Assembly: GCA_938046585.1 (NCBI GenBank)
Contig: CALIWR010000005.1
Coordinates: forward strand, 69,799-133,798
Reading direction: 5' to 3'
DNA length: 64,000 nt
DNA from: an uncultured Propionibacteriaceae bacterium
Lineage (GTDB): Bacteria; Actinomycetota; Actinomycetes; Propionibacteriales; Propionibacteriaceae
Every line of letters begins with the position of its first letter. Position 1 is the first letter of the stretch. Shown piece after piece: positions 9,521 through 22,168 of the stretch. A program made the position numbers and the translations under genes. Below the pieces are notes generated by a model that worked only from the letters and a program-made list of their open reading frames with translations, did not search any database and was not told where the DNA came from.

Positions 9521-10408
9521 TCACTTCACGGCGCCGGCGGTGAGACCGGAGACGATGTGCCTCTGCAGATAGAGGAACAGTGCCATCACCGGAATCGCGG
9601 CCAGGACCGCACCCGCTGTGAACACAGGGAAATTGGTGTTGAACAGCTGGGAGACGAACTGGTACAGCCCGACAGCCAGGGTCTGGGTACGCGGGTTGCC
9701 GCCCAGCACCACCGAGGCGATCACGAACTCGTTCACCGAGCTAATGAACGACAGCAGGCCGACCACGGCCAGGATTGGGGCCACCAGACGCAGGATGATG
9801 GTGAAGAAGATCCGGGCATGCCCGGCGCCGTCCACCCGGGCCGCCTCGTCCAGCGAGACCGGGATGGTGTTGAAGAAGCCGTACATGAGGTACGTGTTCA
9901 CGCCCAGCGCGCCGCCGAGGTAGACCATCACCAGGGCCACCCCGGAGCCCAGGCCCAGGATCGGCATCACATCGCCCAGCCAATTCAGCAGCAGGAAGAT
10001 CGCAACCATTCCCAAGATCTGCGGGAACATCTGGACCAGCAATAGGCTGAGCAGGCCGAGCCGGCGTCCGGTGAAACGCATCCGAGAGAAGGCGTACGCG
10101 GCCAGCGCCCCCATGAAGACGGTGCCGAGGGCGGAGCAGGTGGCGATCACCATGGTGTTGAGGTACCACAGCGCGTACGGTTGCGAGTCGTTGGCAAGCA
10201 GGAGCCGGTAGTTCTCCAGCGAGATGACCCGGAACAGACGGTTGGAGCCGGTGAGGGTCCCCGACGGATTGAACGAGGACGAGAGCACGAACAGCAGCGG
10301 GAAGACAGCGAAGACGGTGGCCACGATCCCCACCAGGTGACGCCACCCAGTGGTGACGAACCAGTGTCCGACGGACCGGCGACGTGGGCTAGCTGCGGTG
10401 GTCGACAT
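9521..10408 (-). CDS. carbohydrate ABC transporter permease (MalG/UgpE-like)
   Basis: Six TM segments with the EAA-type loop (LDEAARVDGAGHARIFFTII). ATG at 10408 overlaps the upstream permease stop (ATGA). The upstream ORF extension is rejected. Confidence 0.8.
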   Translation of the reverse strand: MSTTAASPRRRSVGHWFVTTGWRHLVGIVATVFAVFPLLFVLSSSFNPSGTLTGSNRLFRVISLENYRLLLANDSQPYALWYLNTMVIATCSALGTVFMGALAAYAFSRMRFTGRRLGLLSLLLVQMFPQILGMVAIFLLLNWLGDVMPILGLGSGVALVMVYLGGALGVNTYLMYGFFNTIPVSLDEAARVDGAGHARIFFTIILRLVAPILAVVGLLSFISSVNEFVIASVVLGGNPRTQTLAVGLYQFVSQLFNTNFPVFTAGAVLAAIPVMALFLYLQRHIVSGLTAGAVK

Positions 10409-11973
10409 CAGGACAACTCCTCCAGGGTCTTGGTCTGGCGGAAGCCCAGGTAGGAGACCACGCCGATGACGACAAAGATGATGATCGCGAATGCGCTGGC
10501 CAGGCCGTAGTCGCGCCCGGTGCCGGCGCCGAAAGCCACCTTGTAGACGAGCGAGATCAGCAGGTCGGTGGCGCCCGCGTCGATACTCGCCTCGGTGAAC
10601 CGCGGTCCGCCCCGGGTCAGCATGAAGATCAGGGTGAAGTTGTTGAAGTTGAAGGCGAACGACGAGATCAGCAGCGGCGCTAGCGGGATCATCAGCAGGG
10701 GCAGTTTGATGTTCCAGAAGGTCTGCAACGCAGATGCTCCGTCCATCCGGGCCGCCTCGGTCAACTCCTCCGGGATCGACTGTAGGGCACCGGTGCAGAC
10801 CAGGAACATGTACGGGAAACCAAGCCACAAGTTGACGATCAGCACCGTGGATCGGGCCAGCCAAGCGTTGTTAACCCAGTCCACGTGGGCGCCCCCGAGC
10901 AGGATCTCGTTGATGAAGCCGAATTCAGGGTTGAACAGGCCGCTCCAGATCAGTCCGGTCAGGAATGCGGGGAAGGCGTACGGCAGGATCATGATCGTCC
11001 GGTAGACCTTGCGGCCCCTCATCCGAGGGTCGTTGAACACGATCGCCAGGAACAGCCCGAGCGCGAAGGTAGCAAGGACCGACAAAAAGGCAAAGACGAA
11101 GGTCCAGACGGTCACCTTGAGCAGCGGGCCCCGGATCGACTGTTCCCCGAAAGCCTTGGCGAAGTTGGCGAAGCCCACGTTGATCTTCCAACCCGGCTCG
11201 ATCCGGCGGCCGTCGTTGGACACGTACGCACCGGTGCCGGTGTCGCGGTACACCGTCCCGTCCTTCGCGGTCATGGTGTCGGCTGCCCGGTCGTAGACCA
11301 CGGACGGTTGATAGAGGTAGGAGACCTGGCCAGTCTGGGTACGCAGGTAGCCCTTGGCCGGGTCGCTGCTGAGTGGGACCTTCAGCTCGGTCACCTGCTG
11401 CGAACGGGCCAGGATGTCGCCTAGTTGCAGGATCGTGAAGCCATCGGCCCGGATCGGGGCCCCGGTGATCCCCACCTCGGCCCCGGTGACTTCGCTCAGC
11501 GGATGGTTGGCGTCTCCGGCCAGAACCTTCTGGTCCTGGACCACCAGCATCCACAAGCCGCCATTCTTCTCCGCGATGGCGGTGGGGTATTCGGGTGAGT
11601 TCTCGACCCGCTCCTGGTTGTTGGCCTGGATCGCAGCGATCGCGTCGGCCTTGGTCGAGTTGTGTCCGTCGCTGTAGTTGGTGAAGGCCACGTAGGCCGA
11701 GTAGATCACGACGAAGATCTGGAAGACGAGCAGGAAGATCAGCCCGGGAGCCAGGTATTTGCCGGGCAAGAACCGATTCGGGACCAGGTAGATCACATTT
11801 ACCACCACGGTGGCCACCACTACGACGGCTAGGGCCGCCCATTCGGCGGCGGAAGCGAGTGCCATGGCGATGGCAACGGCGAAGGCGTCCACCAGGCCGA
11901 GCAGGACGATGCGGACCAGCAGGGTGGGAAGGGAGACGAAGCGCGTACCAGCGCTCGCTGGCTTGGTGTCCAT
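10408..11973 (-). CDS. carbohydrate ABC transporter permease with large periplasmic loop (MalF-like)
   Basis: 521 aa with N-terminal TMs, a ~200-aa hydrophilic loop and a C-terminal permease core (EELTEAARMDGASALQTFWNIKLP). Confidence 0.8.
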   Translation of the reverse strand: MDTKPASAGTRFVSLPTLLVRIVLLGLVDAFAVAIAMALASAAEWAALAVVVVATVVVNVIYLVPNRFLPGKYLAPGLIFLLVFQIFVVIYSAYVAFTNYSDGHNSTKADAIAAIQANNQERVENSPEYPTAIAEKNGGLWMLVVQDQKVLAGDANHPLSEVTGAEVGITGAPIRADGFTILQLGDILARSQQVTELKVPLSSDPAKGYLRTQTGQVSYLYQPSVVYDRAADTMTAKDGTVYRDTGTGAYVSNDGRRIEPGWKINVGFANFAKAFGEQSIRGPLLKVTVWTFVFAFLSVLATFALGLFLAIVFNDPRMRGRKVYRTIMILPYAFPAFLTGLIWSGLFNPEFGFINEILLGGAHVDWVNNAWLARSTVLIVNLWLGFPYMFLVCTGALQSIPEELTEAARMDGASALQTFWNIKLPLLMIPLAPLLISSFAFNFNNFTLIFMLTRGGPRFTEASIDAGATDLLISLVYKVAFGAGTGRDYGLASAFAIIIFVVIGVVSYLGFRQTKTLEELS

Positions 11974-12049
11974 GGGTTCCTTTACCGGGCTGACGGGTTG
12001 AAGGGGGAACCGTGGGTCCGCCCCGTACAGACGGACCCACGGTGCGGGA

Positions 12050-13291
12050 CTACGAGATCTTGCCCTGGACGGTATTGGCCATCTGAGTCCAGGCCGTGGC
12101 CGGGTCAGCTGCCTTACCGCTAATCAGAGTGGCTTCGGTGGTACCCCAGTCAGCCCAGACCTGGTCCATGGCCGGCACATTCGGCATCGGAACGCCGGTG
12201 AGGCCGATCTTGCCGAAGGCGGCCACATCCTTGTCGGCCTGGGCCGCCTCGAATGCGGCAGTCAGGGCCGGGGCCCGATTGCCGACCTTGTACAGCTCGG
12301 TCTGGACCTTCTCAGAGGCGATGTAGTTGAGCAGGAAGGTGTTCGCGGCGATCTGGTTCGGGCTCTTACTGGAAACGAAGAAACCATGGGATCCGACAAA
12401 GGGGGTCGCCGGATGCGACCCGGCGGCCGGGATCGGGTCGATCGCGTACGCGATGCCGGCCTGCTTGATGGCGGCCAGGTTCCATGGGCCGGTCAGGAAG
12501 TAGGGGGATGTCCCCTGCACGAACTGGTCCTTGGCGATGTCGGCGGAGACACTCAGATTGAGGACCTTGTCTTTGCCCCACTGCGCCAGCGCGGCGGCGA
12601 ACTGCTGACCGCCGGCATTGCCCATGGCCACGGTGCTTCCGTCGTAGGAGCCGTCCTCCTTGAGGGAGAAGACGGGTGCCCCGTACGAGGCCTGGAGCGG
12701 ATAAAGGTGGTAGGGATCCGCCGTCTTGGGGTCGAGCCCCACCAGCACCGGGTACTTGGCCTTGCCCTCGCTGACGGCGGTCTTGCCGGTGGCGACGAGG
12801 TCATTCCAGGTGGCGGGCGCAGTCGGGGCCAGGGCGGTGTTACGCAGCAGGGCGATGTTCTCGATCGAGTACGGGACGCCGTACACCTTGCCCTGGTAGG
12901 TCATCGCCTTGACCGTCACCGGCTGGAACGTGGAGGCTTTGTTGCCCAGTTCGACCGGGGCGACGACCCCGTTCTGCACCAGCTTGCCGGTCCAGTCGTG
13001 GGCGCCTATCAGGATGTCGGGGCCCTTGCCAGTCGGGATCTGGGTGATCGCTTCATCCCGGATCGTGGTGAAATCCTTGATGACCAGGTCGACCTTGACG
13101 CCGGTCTCCTTGGTGAACTGGGCGGCCACCTCCTGCAACACCGGCTGCCGGTTGGCGTCGATCCAGATTGTCAGCTGGCCCGTTAGGGCGGGCTTAGAGG
13201 ACGAGGCGCCGGCCGTGGAGGAGGTGGACCCACAACCGGTAAGGGCCAAGGCCGCCGAGGCGACGAGCGCGGCCACACCGAGAAGCTTCAT
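12050..13291 (-). CDS. sugar ABC transporter substrate-binding lipoprotein (family 1 SBP)
   Basis: MKLLGVAALVASAALALTGCGS signal and lipobox, then ~390 aa with periplasmic-binding-protein composition. It is first in a three-gene SBP-permease-permease operon. No ATPase gene is adjacent. Confidence 0.75.
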   Translation of the reverse strand: MKLLGVAALVASAALALTGCGSTSSTAGASSSKPALTGQLTIWIDANRQPVLQEVAAQFTKETGVKVDLVIKDFTTIRDEAITQIPTGKGPDILIGAHDWTGKLVQNGVVAPVELGNKASTFQPVTVKAMTYQGKVYGVPYSIENIALLRNTALAPTAPATWNDLVATGKTAVSEGKAKYPVLVGLDPKTADPYHLYPLQASYGAPVFSLKEDGSYDGSTVAMGNAGGQQFAAALAQWGKDKVLNLSVSADIAKDQFVQGTSPYFLTGPWNLAAIKQAGIAYAIDPIPAAGSHPATPFVGSHGFFVSSKSPNQIAANTFLLNYIASEKVQTELYKVGNRAPALTAAFEAAQADKDVAAFGKIGLTGVPMPNVPAMDQVWADWGTTEATLISGKAADPATAWTQMANTVQGKIS

Positions 13292-13473
13292 CGTTGAGTG
13301 GTGCCTTTCATGGGGATGCTCACCGACGGGGGACGTCGGCTCATCCCTTATCCAATCCCGGTTTCGGCGCACACACCACGATCTGACTGGCCTGGCTGAC
13401 AAAAAGTTACCAATTCGGTACTCTGCGGCCGCTAGCTCCCTGCTCCGCGCGTCGGGGAGGGGGCGTCAAGAAC

Positions 13474-13502
13474 GGGGTCGGCCCGGCACTCGGGCCGACC
13501 CC
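13474..13502 (-). terminator. hairpin downstream of hppA (candidate terminator)
   Basis: Perfect 12-bp inverted repeat GGGGTCGGCCCG-gcact-CGGGCCGACCCC, 25 nt after the hppA stop on the minus strand, followed on the transcript by GUUCUU. Confidence 0.5.
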
Positions 13503-13526
13503 GTCGGGGTGTTCAGATGGCGCGGA

Positions 13527-16091
<2,565 letters not shown>

Positions 16092-16183
16092 GATCGGGCA
16101 CACCTTACGGCTGGGACCGTGGTCTGGGGTTACGGGGGTCCCCAGTTGCCGTGGCTGGGCACGGGGAGGGCGGTCATCACCTG

Positions 16184-16795
16184 TCAGGCGTTGTTCCAGT
16201 CCAGCGGCCACCCCTTCTTCTCCAGCCGTCGGCGGACCCGTTCCAGGTCGGCATCAGCCGGCTTCTGGTGGATGTAGTCTTCAATCGCCGCGCTGACGTC
16301 GGCCGGAGTGGCGGGGGAGACCTTGGAGCGGCGCAGCGCCTTCGCGACCTGCTTGACCTCACTGCGAGTCAACCGACGCTGCAACAAGGCCAGCAACGGC
16401 AGGTAGTCGTGGGTGGGCACGCCCTCGGGGTATCCGGCCCGCAGCCAGCCGATTACCCGGGACAGGAAGGTGCCCTCGCTGGGTTCCTCATCGCTGTCAT
16501 CGGCCTCGGCCAGTGGCCACCCGCCGAGCGCTAACCGGGCCGAAACCCGGCGCAGGTCGTCGCCGCCGACAGACTGGTAGGACCGGGCGGCGAGCAGGCT
16601 GTTGATCTGGTTGCCGGGGACCGTGTTCCCGTGGGATAACCGACCTAGGTCAGGGGCGATGGCCCGTACCTCGTCCTCGGTGAGGCGGCGGCGCAACTGG
16701 TGGAGCAGGGCCGGATAATCCGCCTGCGGTACTCCGTCTGGGTAGCCGGCCCGGATCCAGCCGAGAACGCGAGCAGTGGCGGTGGGATCTGCCAT
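16184..16795 (-). CDS. DUF3349-family protein with internal tandem duplication
   Basis: 203 aa. Two ~45-aa repeats (VLGWIRAGYPDGVPQADYPALLHQLRRRLTEDEV and VIGWLRAGYPEGVPTHDYLPLLALLQRRLTRSEV) are separated by an acidic linker, a pattern typical of the actinobacterial DUF3349 family. Confidence 0.6.
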   Translation of the reverse strand: MADPTATARVLGWIRAGYPDGVPQADYPALLHQLRRRLTEDEVRAIAPDLGRLSHGNTVPGNQINSLLAARSYQSVGGDDLRRVSARLALGGWPLAEADDSDEEPSEGTFLSRVIGWLRAGYPEGVPTHDYLPLLALLQRRLTRSEVKQVAKALRRSKVSPATPADVSAAIEDYIHQKPADADLERVRRRLEKKGWPLDWNNA

Positions 16796-16797
16796 GG

Positions 16798-17097
16798 TCA
16801 GCCTTTCCTAGTCAACGTCGGGGTGGTGTGCTCAAACGAGACGTCGTAGCCGAACCCGAAGGCGACGATGTACGTAATGCCCAGGCCGATCGCGACGATG
16901 ACGATCAGGAAACAGACCCCTGCCAAGACTGTTCCGACCGGATGGGGGCGTTCCTGGCTGATCTCAGCGTCGCCGCCCTTGCCGTAGGCGAGGGCGCGGA
17001 CCCCCATGGCGAATACGTTGGGCAGGCCGGCTCCCAGTAGGAGCGAGGCCAGGAGCACTCGCCAGGCGCCCTCAAGGGCGAGGTAGACATTATTCAT
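16798..17097 (-). CDS. small two-TM membrane protein, translationally coupled to pit
   Basis: 99 aa with two hydrophobic helices. Its ATG overlaps the pit stop codon (ATGA). Confidence 0.5.
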   Translation of the reverse strand: MNNVYLALEGAWRVLLASLLLGAGLPNVFAMGVRALAYGKGGDAEISQERPHPVGTVLAGVCFLIVIVAIGLGITYIVAFGFGYDVSFEHTTPTLTRKG

Positions 17098-18296
17098 GAG
17101 GCTGCTCCCGTCGTGGATTTGTCCCAGTCCGCGTTGACGTTGTTGTGGTCGATGGGGGCTCGTTGGGAACGGTGCCACAGATACCCGGCCGAAGCCGCGA
17201 GTAGCAGGAAGATCGTTGTCGCCCCAGCCGCTCCACCGATCAGATGCCCGACCAGCCACATCAGGGCGCCGACCAAGCCGGCCGCGGGAAGCGTGATCAA
17301 CCAGGCCACGACCATCCGCAACGCCACTCCCCAGCGCACCTGGGCGCCCGGCGCCCCGACCCCCGAGCCGAGAATCGATCCGGTGGCGACATGAGTGGTG
17401 GACAGGGCAAAGCCGAGGTGGCTAGAGGCCAGGATGGTCGCCGCAGAAGCCGATTCGGCCGCCAGCCCCTGGGGTGAGCTGATCTCAACGAGCCCTTTGC
17501 CGAGAGTTCGGATGACCCGCCAGCCGCCGGTGTATGTGCCCAGCGCGATCGCCAACGCACAGGCCACCTTGACCCATAACGGGACCGAGGTGGTGTTGCT
17601 CCACTGTCCCGAGGCGATCAGGGCCAGGGTGATGACCCCCATGGTCTTCTGGGCGTCGTTGGTGCCATGTGCCAGCGACACTAGCGAGGCAGAACCGATC
17701 TGTCCCCACCGAAAGCCGGCCTCCCGATAGCTGTGGGCAACGCCAGAGGTGATCCGGAAGATCAGCCAGGTACCGACGGTCGACACGATCCCGGCGACGA
17801 TCGGCGAAGCCAGCGCGGGGAGGATCACCTTGCCCACCACCCCGTCGAGCTTGGTCCCGTCCCCGGCCCACTTGACCATGGACGGGCCGAGACCGGCCAT
17901 GGTGGCGCCAATCAAGCCGCCAAAGAGGGCATGGGAGGAGCTGGAGGGCAGCCCCAGCAACCAGGTCAGCAGATTCCAGACGATTCCGCCGACCAGGCCG
18001 GCCAGGATGATCAGCAGCAGGGTCTCTCCGCCACCGGCCAAGAGCGTGGGATCGGGGGCGCCGGTCGGGGTCTGGATCCGGATCACCGAGTTGGTGACGG
18101 TGAGGGCCACCTCGACCGAGAGGAAGGCGCCGATCAGGTTGAGGATGGCGGACAGGATCACCGCAGTCTTGGGTCGCAGGGCACCGGTAGCGATCGATGT
18201 CGCCATGGCATTGCCGGTGTCGTGAAAGCCGTTAGTGAAGTCGAACGCGATCGCGGTGATGGTCACCAGCGCGAGGATCAGGATCGCAGCTGTCAC
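17094..18296 (-). CDS. pit: inorganic phosphate transporter, PiT family
   Basis: 400 aa with N-terminal FDFTNGFHDTGNAMATSI and C-terminal LAHGTNDAQKTMGVI, the duplicated PiT signature motifs (GANDVANA-type). Confidence 0.85.
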   Translation of the reverse strand: MTAAILILALVTITAIAFDFTNGFHDTGNAMATSIATGALRPKTAVILSAILNLIGAFLSVEVALTVTNSVIRIQTPTGAPDPTLLAGGGETLLLIILAGLVGGIVWNLLTWLLGLPSSSSHALFGGLIGATMAGLGPSMVKWAGDGTKLDGVVGKVILPALASPIVAGIVSTVGTWLIFRITSGVAHSYREAGFRWGQIGSASLVSLAHGTNDAQKTMGVITLALIASGQWSNTTSVPLWVKVACALAIALGTYTGGWRVIRTLGKGLVEISSPQGLAAESASAATILASSHLGFALSTTHVATGSILGSGVGAPGAQVRWGVALRMVVAWLITLPAAGLVGALMWLVGHLIGGAAGATTIFLLLAASAGYLWHRSQRAPIDHNNVNADWDKSTTGAAS

Positions 18297-18480
18297 GGGC
18301 TCAGCCTGCCACCCGGACCGTGGTTCGGTGAAATGGGTCGCAGTCTGGCAGGATGAGAATCGCGGTATCGCTCAGCAGAGCTACCGGCGTATGGAAAGTT
18401 CTGCCAGCACGGCAGATCTGGTTGTCGAGAGGCTGTGCCGTGGTCCGGTGGTAGCGCCGGGTGGCGACGACAGCGATAGT

Positions 18481-18496
18481 CCGAGGGTGTCTCGGG
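18481..18496. promoter_or_regulatory. inverted repeat in divergent pit/sufR intergenic region
   Basis: CCGAG-ggtgtc-CTCGG palindrome ~50 nt upstream of the sufR GTG, with a nearby TTGACT -35-like hexamer (18512-18517). It is a candidate operator or promoter element. Confidence 0.25.
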
Positions 18497-18545
18497 TGAG
18501 GGTGCCCTTACTTGACTTGTCGCCCGTTTCGGAAAGACTGGCGTT

Positions 18546-19235
18546 GTGAAAACCCAGACCGCTGACCGGGCGCATTCCCAGGACGCGGACCTCGGGACCC
18601 GTGAGCGGGTGCTGGCATTGATCATGGAACGAGGCTCCGCGACGGCTGCTGGCTTGGCCCAGGTGCTGCAGCTGACGCCTGCCGCCGTACGACGCCACCT
18701 GGCCTCGCTGCAGGAGCAGGGACTGATCACCACCCGGGAACGCCGGTCGAACCAGGCTCGGGGTAGGGGGCGGCCGGCCAAGACCTATGTCGCCACAGAC
18801 AAAGGCCGGGCCGAATTTGGCGCCGCCTACGACACTCTCGCCATCGAGGTGCTGTCGTACCTCGCCGCGCAGAACGGGCCCGAGTCGATCGCCCAATTCG
18901 CCCGGCAGCGGATTGCCCAGTTGGAACAGCGGCTGGCCGGAGCGCTGCCCGATGTGGCGGTTGATCATGCGAGCCTGGCTGAGGCCTTGGCCGAACTGTT
19001 GACCGATGAGGGCTTCATGGCTCAGGTCCAACCCGTGGGCTCGGGTGAGCAACTGTGCCAGCACCACTGCCCGGTGGCCCATGTGGCGGCCCGGTTCCCG
19101 GAACTTTGTGCGGCTGAGACCGAGGCCTTCTCCCGACTGCTGGGGTCACACGTCCAGCGGCTGGCGACCATCGCCCACGGCGACGGGGTCTGCACTACGC
19201 ACATCCCTCGTCCGATCAGCAAGGAGACACCATGA
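18546..19235 (+). CDS. sufR: ArsR-family transcriptional regulator SufR (Fe-S assembly operon repressor)
   Basis: N-terminal winged HTH ([44 protein letters not shown]) and C-terminal Cys motif ([18 protein letters not shown]) for the [4Fe-4S] sensor. Located immediately upstream of sufB. Confidence 0.8.
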   Translation: MKTQTADRAHSQDADLGTRERVLALIMERGSATAAGLAQVLQLTPAAVRRHLASLQEQGLITTRERRSNQARGRGRPAKTYVATDKGRAEFGAAYDTLAIEVLSYLAAQNGPESIAQFARQRIAQLEQRLAGALPDVAVDHASLAEALAELLTDEGFMAQVQPVGSGEQLCQHHCPVAHVAARFPELCAAETEAFSRLLGSHVQRLATIAHGDGVCTTHIPRPISKETP

Positions 19236-20674
19236 CCCAGACCCAGCCGACCGTCCCTGGCCTCGGCGGGACCCAAGATGAACATTTGGAGGCCCTCGGC
19301 ACGTACCGCTTCGGCTGGCACGACAGCGACGCCGCCGGAGCTTCGGCGCGACGTGGTCTCAATGAGGCGGTGGTCCGCGACATCTCGGCCAAGAAGAACG
19401 AGCCACAATGGATGCTGGAACGTCGGCTCAAGGCGCTGCGGATGTTCGACCGTAAACCGATGCCGACCTGGGCCGCTGACCTGTCGGAGATCGACTTCGA
19501 CTCCATTAAGTACTTTGTCCGCTCCACCGAGAGGCAGGCCTCCAGCTGGGAAGAGCTGCCGGCGGACATTAAGAACACGTACGACCGGCTGGGGATCCCC
19601 GACGCCGAGAAGAAACGTCTGGTAGCTGGGGTCGCTGCCCAGTACGAGTCGGAGGTCGTCTACCACAAGATCAACCAGGAACTTGAGCGGCAGGGCGTGA
19701 TCTTTCTCGACACCGACACCGGTCTGCGGGAGCATCCCGAGATCTTCGAGGAATACTTCGGGTCGGTAATCCCGGCCGGCGATAACAAATTCGCCTCCCT
19801 GAACACGGCCGTCTGGTCGGGGGGCTCTTTCGTCTACGTGCCCAAGGGTGCCCAGGTGTCGATCCCGCTGCAGGCATACTTCCGTATCAACACCGAGAAC
19901 ATGGGCCAGTTCGAACGGACCCTGATCATTGTCGACGAGGACGCCTACGTCCACTACGTCGAAGGCTGCACCGCGCCGATCTACAAATCTGATTCGCTGC
20001 ATTCGGCGGTGGTCGAGATCATCATCAAGAAGGGTGCCCGCTGCCGGTACACGACCATCCAGAATTGGTCGAGTAACGTGTACAATCTGGTCACCAAACG
20101 CGCCACCTGCGCGGAGGGCGCCACCATGGAATGGATTGATGGCAACATCGGTTCCAAGGCCACCATGAAGTACCCGGCGGTCTGGTTGCTGGGTGAGCAT
20201 GCTCGCGGTGAAACCCTTTCGATCGCCTTCGCTGGCGAGGGCCAGCACCAGGACACCGGGTCCAAGATGGTGCACGCTGCCCCACATACCTCAAGTTCGA
20301 TCGTGTCGAAATCTGTCTCCCGGGGCGGAGGTCGGACCTCATACCGAGGCCTGGTGCATGTCAACCCGGGAGCCCATCACGCGGCCAGCTCGGTGAAATG
20401 CGATGCATTGTTGGTCGACACCATCAGCCGTTCCGATACCTATCCCTACGTTGATGTCCGCGAGGACGATGTCTCCATGGCCCATGAGGCCACCGTTTCC
20501 AAGGTCTCCGAGGATCAGCTGTTCTACCTGATGAGCCGGGGGATGGGCGAGGACGAGGCGATGGCCATGATCGTGCGAGGTTTCGTCGAGCCGATCGCCC
20601 GGGAATTGCCGATGGAGTACGCGCTGGAATTGAACCGGCTGATCGAACTGCAGATGGAAGGGGCGGTGGGCTGA
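19232..20674 (+). CDS. sufB: Fe-S cluster assembly protein SufB
   Basis: 480 aa and alignable throughout to SufB (FxxKxxxP region, [14 protein letters not shown]-terminal beta-helix). Confidence 0.95.
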   Translation: MTQTQPTVPGLGGTQDEHLEALGTYRFGWHDSDAAGASARRGLNEAVVRDISAKKNEPQWMLERRLKALRMFDRKPMPTWAADLSEIDFDSIKYFVRSTERQASSWEELPADIKNTYDRLGIPDAEKKRLVAGVAAQYESEVVYHKINQELERQGVIFLDTDTGLREHPEIFEEYFGSVIPAGDNKFASLNTAVWSGGSFVYVPKGAQVSIPLQAYFRINTENMGQFERTLIIVDEDAYVHYVEGCTAPIYKSDSLHSAVVEIIIKKGARCRYTTIQNWSSNVYNLVTKRATCAEGATMEWIDGNIGSKATMKYPAVWLLGEHARGETLSIAFAGEGQHQDTGSKMVHAAPHTSSSIVSKSVSRGGGRTSYRGLVHVNPGAHHAASSVKCDALLVDTISRSDTYPYVDVREDDVSMAHEATVSKVSEDQLFYLMSRGMGEDEAMAMIVRGFVEPIARELPMEYALELNRLIELQMEGAVG

Positions 20675-20675
20675 C

Positions 20676-21830
20676 GTGACGGCCACCAACAGCACAGACG
20701 CGGTCCGCCAGGCGGTGGAGACCGTCGAATCACACCTGCATCCGACCCCTTCCTGGTCACTCGCCGACCACCCAGTGCCGACCGGTCGGGAGGAGATCTG
20801 GCGGTTCACCCCGATCCGGCAGATCCGTCCCCTGCTCGACGACCGGTCCGGTGACCCCCTGGACTGGCAGATCCACTGCCCTGGCGCGGTCTCTAGCCGG
20901 GTGATTGGCAGCGTCGAGGCCCAGCAATTGGCCGCCGAAGCACCGGTCGACCGGGTCGCCGCGCTCGCGGCCCACCACGCCGGTAGCGCCCGGCTGGTGG
21001 AGATCCCGGCCGAGGCCGAGCTCGCTGAACCCGTCACCATCGACCTGACCGGCCAGGGGCGGCAGGCCTGGGGCCATCTGGTGGTCCAGGTTGGGCATCA
21101 CGCCAAAGCCACGATCATCCTCACCCACCAGGGCAGTGCCCGGTACGCCGCCAAGACTGACCTGTTGGTCGGCGACGGTGCCCAGGTCACCTTCGTCTCA
21201 GTGCAGGACTGGGCTGACGACAGCCTGCACGGCGCACAAAGCTCGGTACTGGTCGGGGTCGACGCTGCGGTCCGCACCGTGAGCATCACCCTGGGCGGGA
21301 AACTGGTCCGGATCGCTGAAACCGCCCGCTACCAGGGCCCGGGGGGGCGGCTGGAACAGCTCGGGCTGTACTTCGTGGACGCCGGCCAGCACGTCGAGCA
21401 CCGGCTCTTCGTCGACCACAACCAGCCCCGTACCGAGTCCGAGGTCGACTATCGCGGCGCCCTGCAGGGCGAGGGGGCCCACTCGGTGTGGGTGGGGGAC
21501 GTGCTGATCCGGAAAGTCGCCGAACAGATCACGACGTACGAGTCGAATAAGAACCTGCTGCTTACCGACGGCTGCCGCGCCGACTCGGTACCCAATCTGG
21601 AGATCGAGACCGGTGAGATCCACGGCGCTGGCCATGCTTCCACCACGGGGCGTTTCGACGACGAGCAACTGTTTTACCTGACCAGCAGGGGAATCCCCAC
21701 CGAGGAGGCCCGGCGACTGGTAGTCCGCGGTTTCTTCGCCACGATTATCGCCAAGATCGGAGCTCCCGAGCTTGAACAGCGGCTACTGGAGGTCGTCGAG
21801 GCCGAGCTGGCGAAGTCGGTGAGTGTATGA
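20676..21830 (+). CDS. sufD: Fe-S cluster assembly protein SufD
   Basis: 384 aa SufB/D-family beta-helix protein lacking the SufB N-terminal region, placed between sufB and sufC. Confidence 0.9.
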   Translation: MTATNSTDAVRQAVETVESHLHPTPSWSLADHPVPTGREEIWRFTPIRQIRPLLDDRSGDPLDWQIHCPGAVSSRVIGSVEAQQLAAEAPVDRVAALAAHHAGSARLVEIPAEAELAEPVTIDLTGQGRQAWGHLVVQVGHHAKATIILTHQGSARYAAKTDLLVGDGAQVTFVSVQDWADDSLHGAQSSVLVGVDAAVRTVSITLGGKLVRIAETARYQGPGGRLEQLGLYFVDAGQHVEHRLFVDHNQPRTESEVDYRGALQGEGAHSVWVGDVLIRKVAEQITTYESNKNLLLTDGCRADSVPNLEIETGEIHGAGHASTTGRFDDEQLFYLTSRGIPTEEARRLVVRGFFATIIAKIGAPELEQRLLEVVEAELAKSVSV

Positions 21831-22168
21831 GCCCCGAGCGAGTCTGCGCGGCAGCTGACTTGCCTGTCGGCAGCGTCGTCGCTGCCCAGGTGAACGGTGT
21901 CGACGTCGCTGTGGTCCACTGCGAGGAGGGCTTTTTCGCGGTCCACGACGAGTGCAGCCACGGCGCTGTTCCGCTGTCGGAAGGAGAGGTGGACGGCTGC
22001 CACCTGGAATGCTATCTGCACGGTTCCCGTTTCGATCTGATGACGGGCATCCCCGACCAACTGCCGGCTACCGAACCCATCACCACCTACCCCGTCCTGG
22101 TCGCCGGTGACGACCTCTTCGTCGACGTCGACCGACCGAACCGAACCACGTTGGAGAACAACGCATGA
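21827..22168 (+). CDS. Rieske [2Fe-2S] ferredoxin embedded in suf operon
   Basis: 113 aa with CSHG and CYLHG (CxH...CxxH Rieske ligands). It overlaps the sufD stop and the sufC start. Confidence 0.85.
   Translation: MSPERVCAAADLPVGSVVAAQVNGVDVAVVHCEEGFFAVHDECSHGAVPLSEGEVDGCHLECYLHGSRFDLMTGIPDQLPATEPITTYPVLVAGDDLFVDVDRPNRTTLENNA

Noticed and set aside
10409-10864. 5' extension of the MalG-like ORF into the MalF-like gene
   Set aside because: The ATG at 10408 overlaps the upstream stop (classic ATGA coupling) and begins the hydrophobic N-terminus. The extension is the alternate frame of malF.
16151-16534. Plus-strand ORF antisense to the DUF3349 gene
   Set aside because: The DUF3349 frame shows a clear internal protein repeat, and the antisense frame is compositionally biased.
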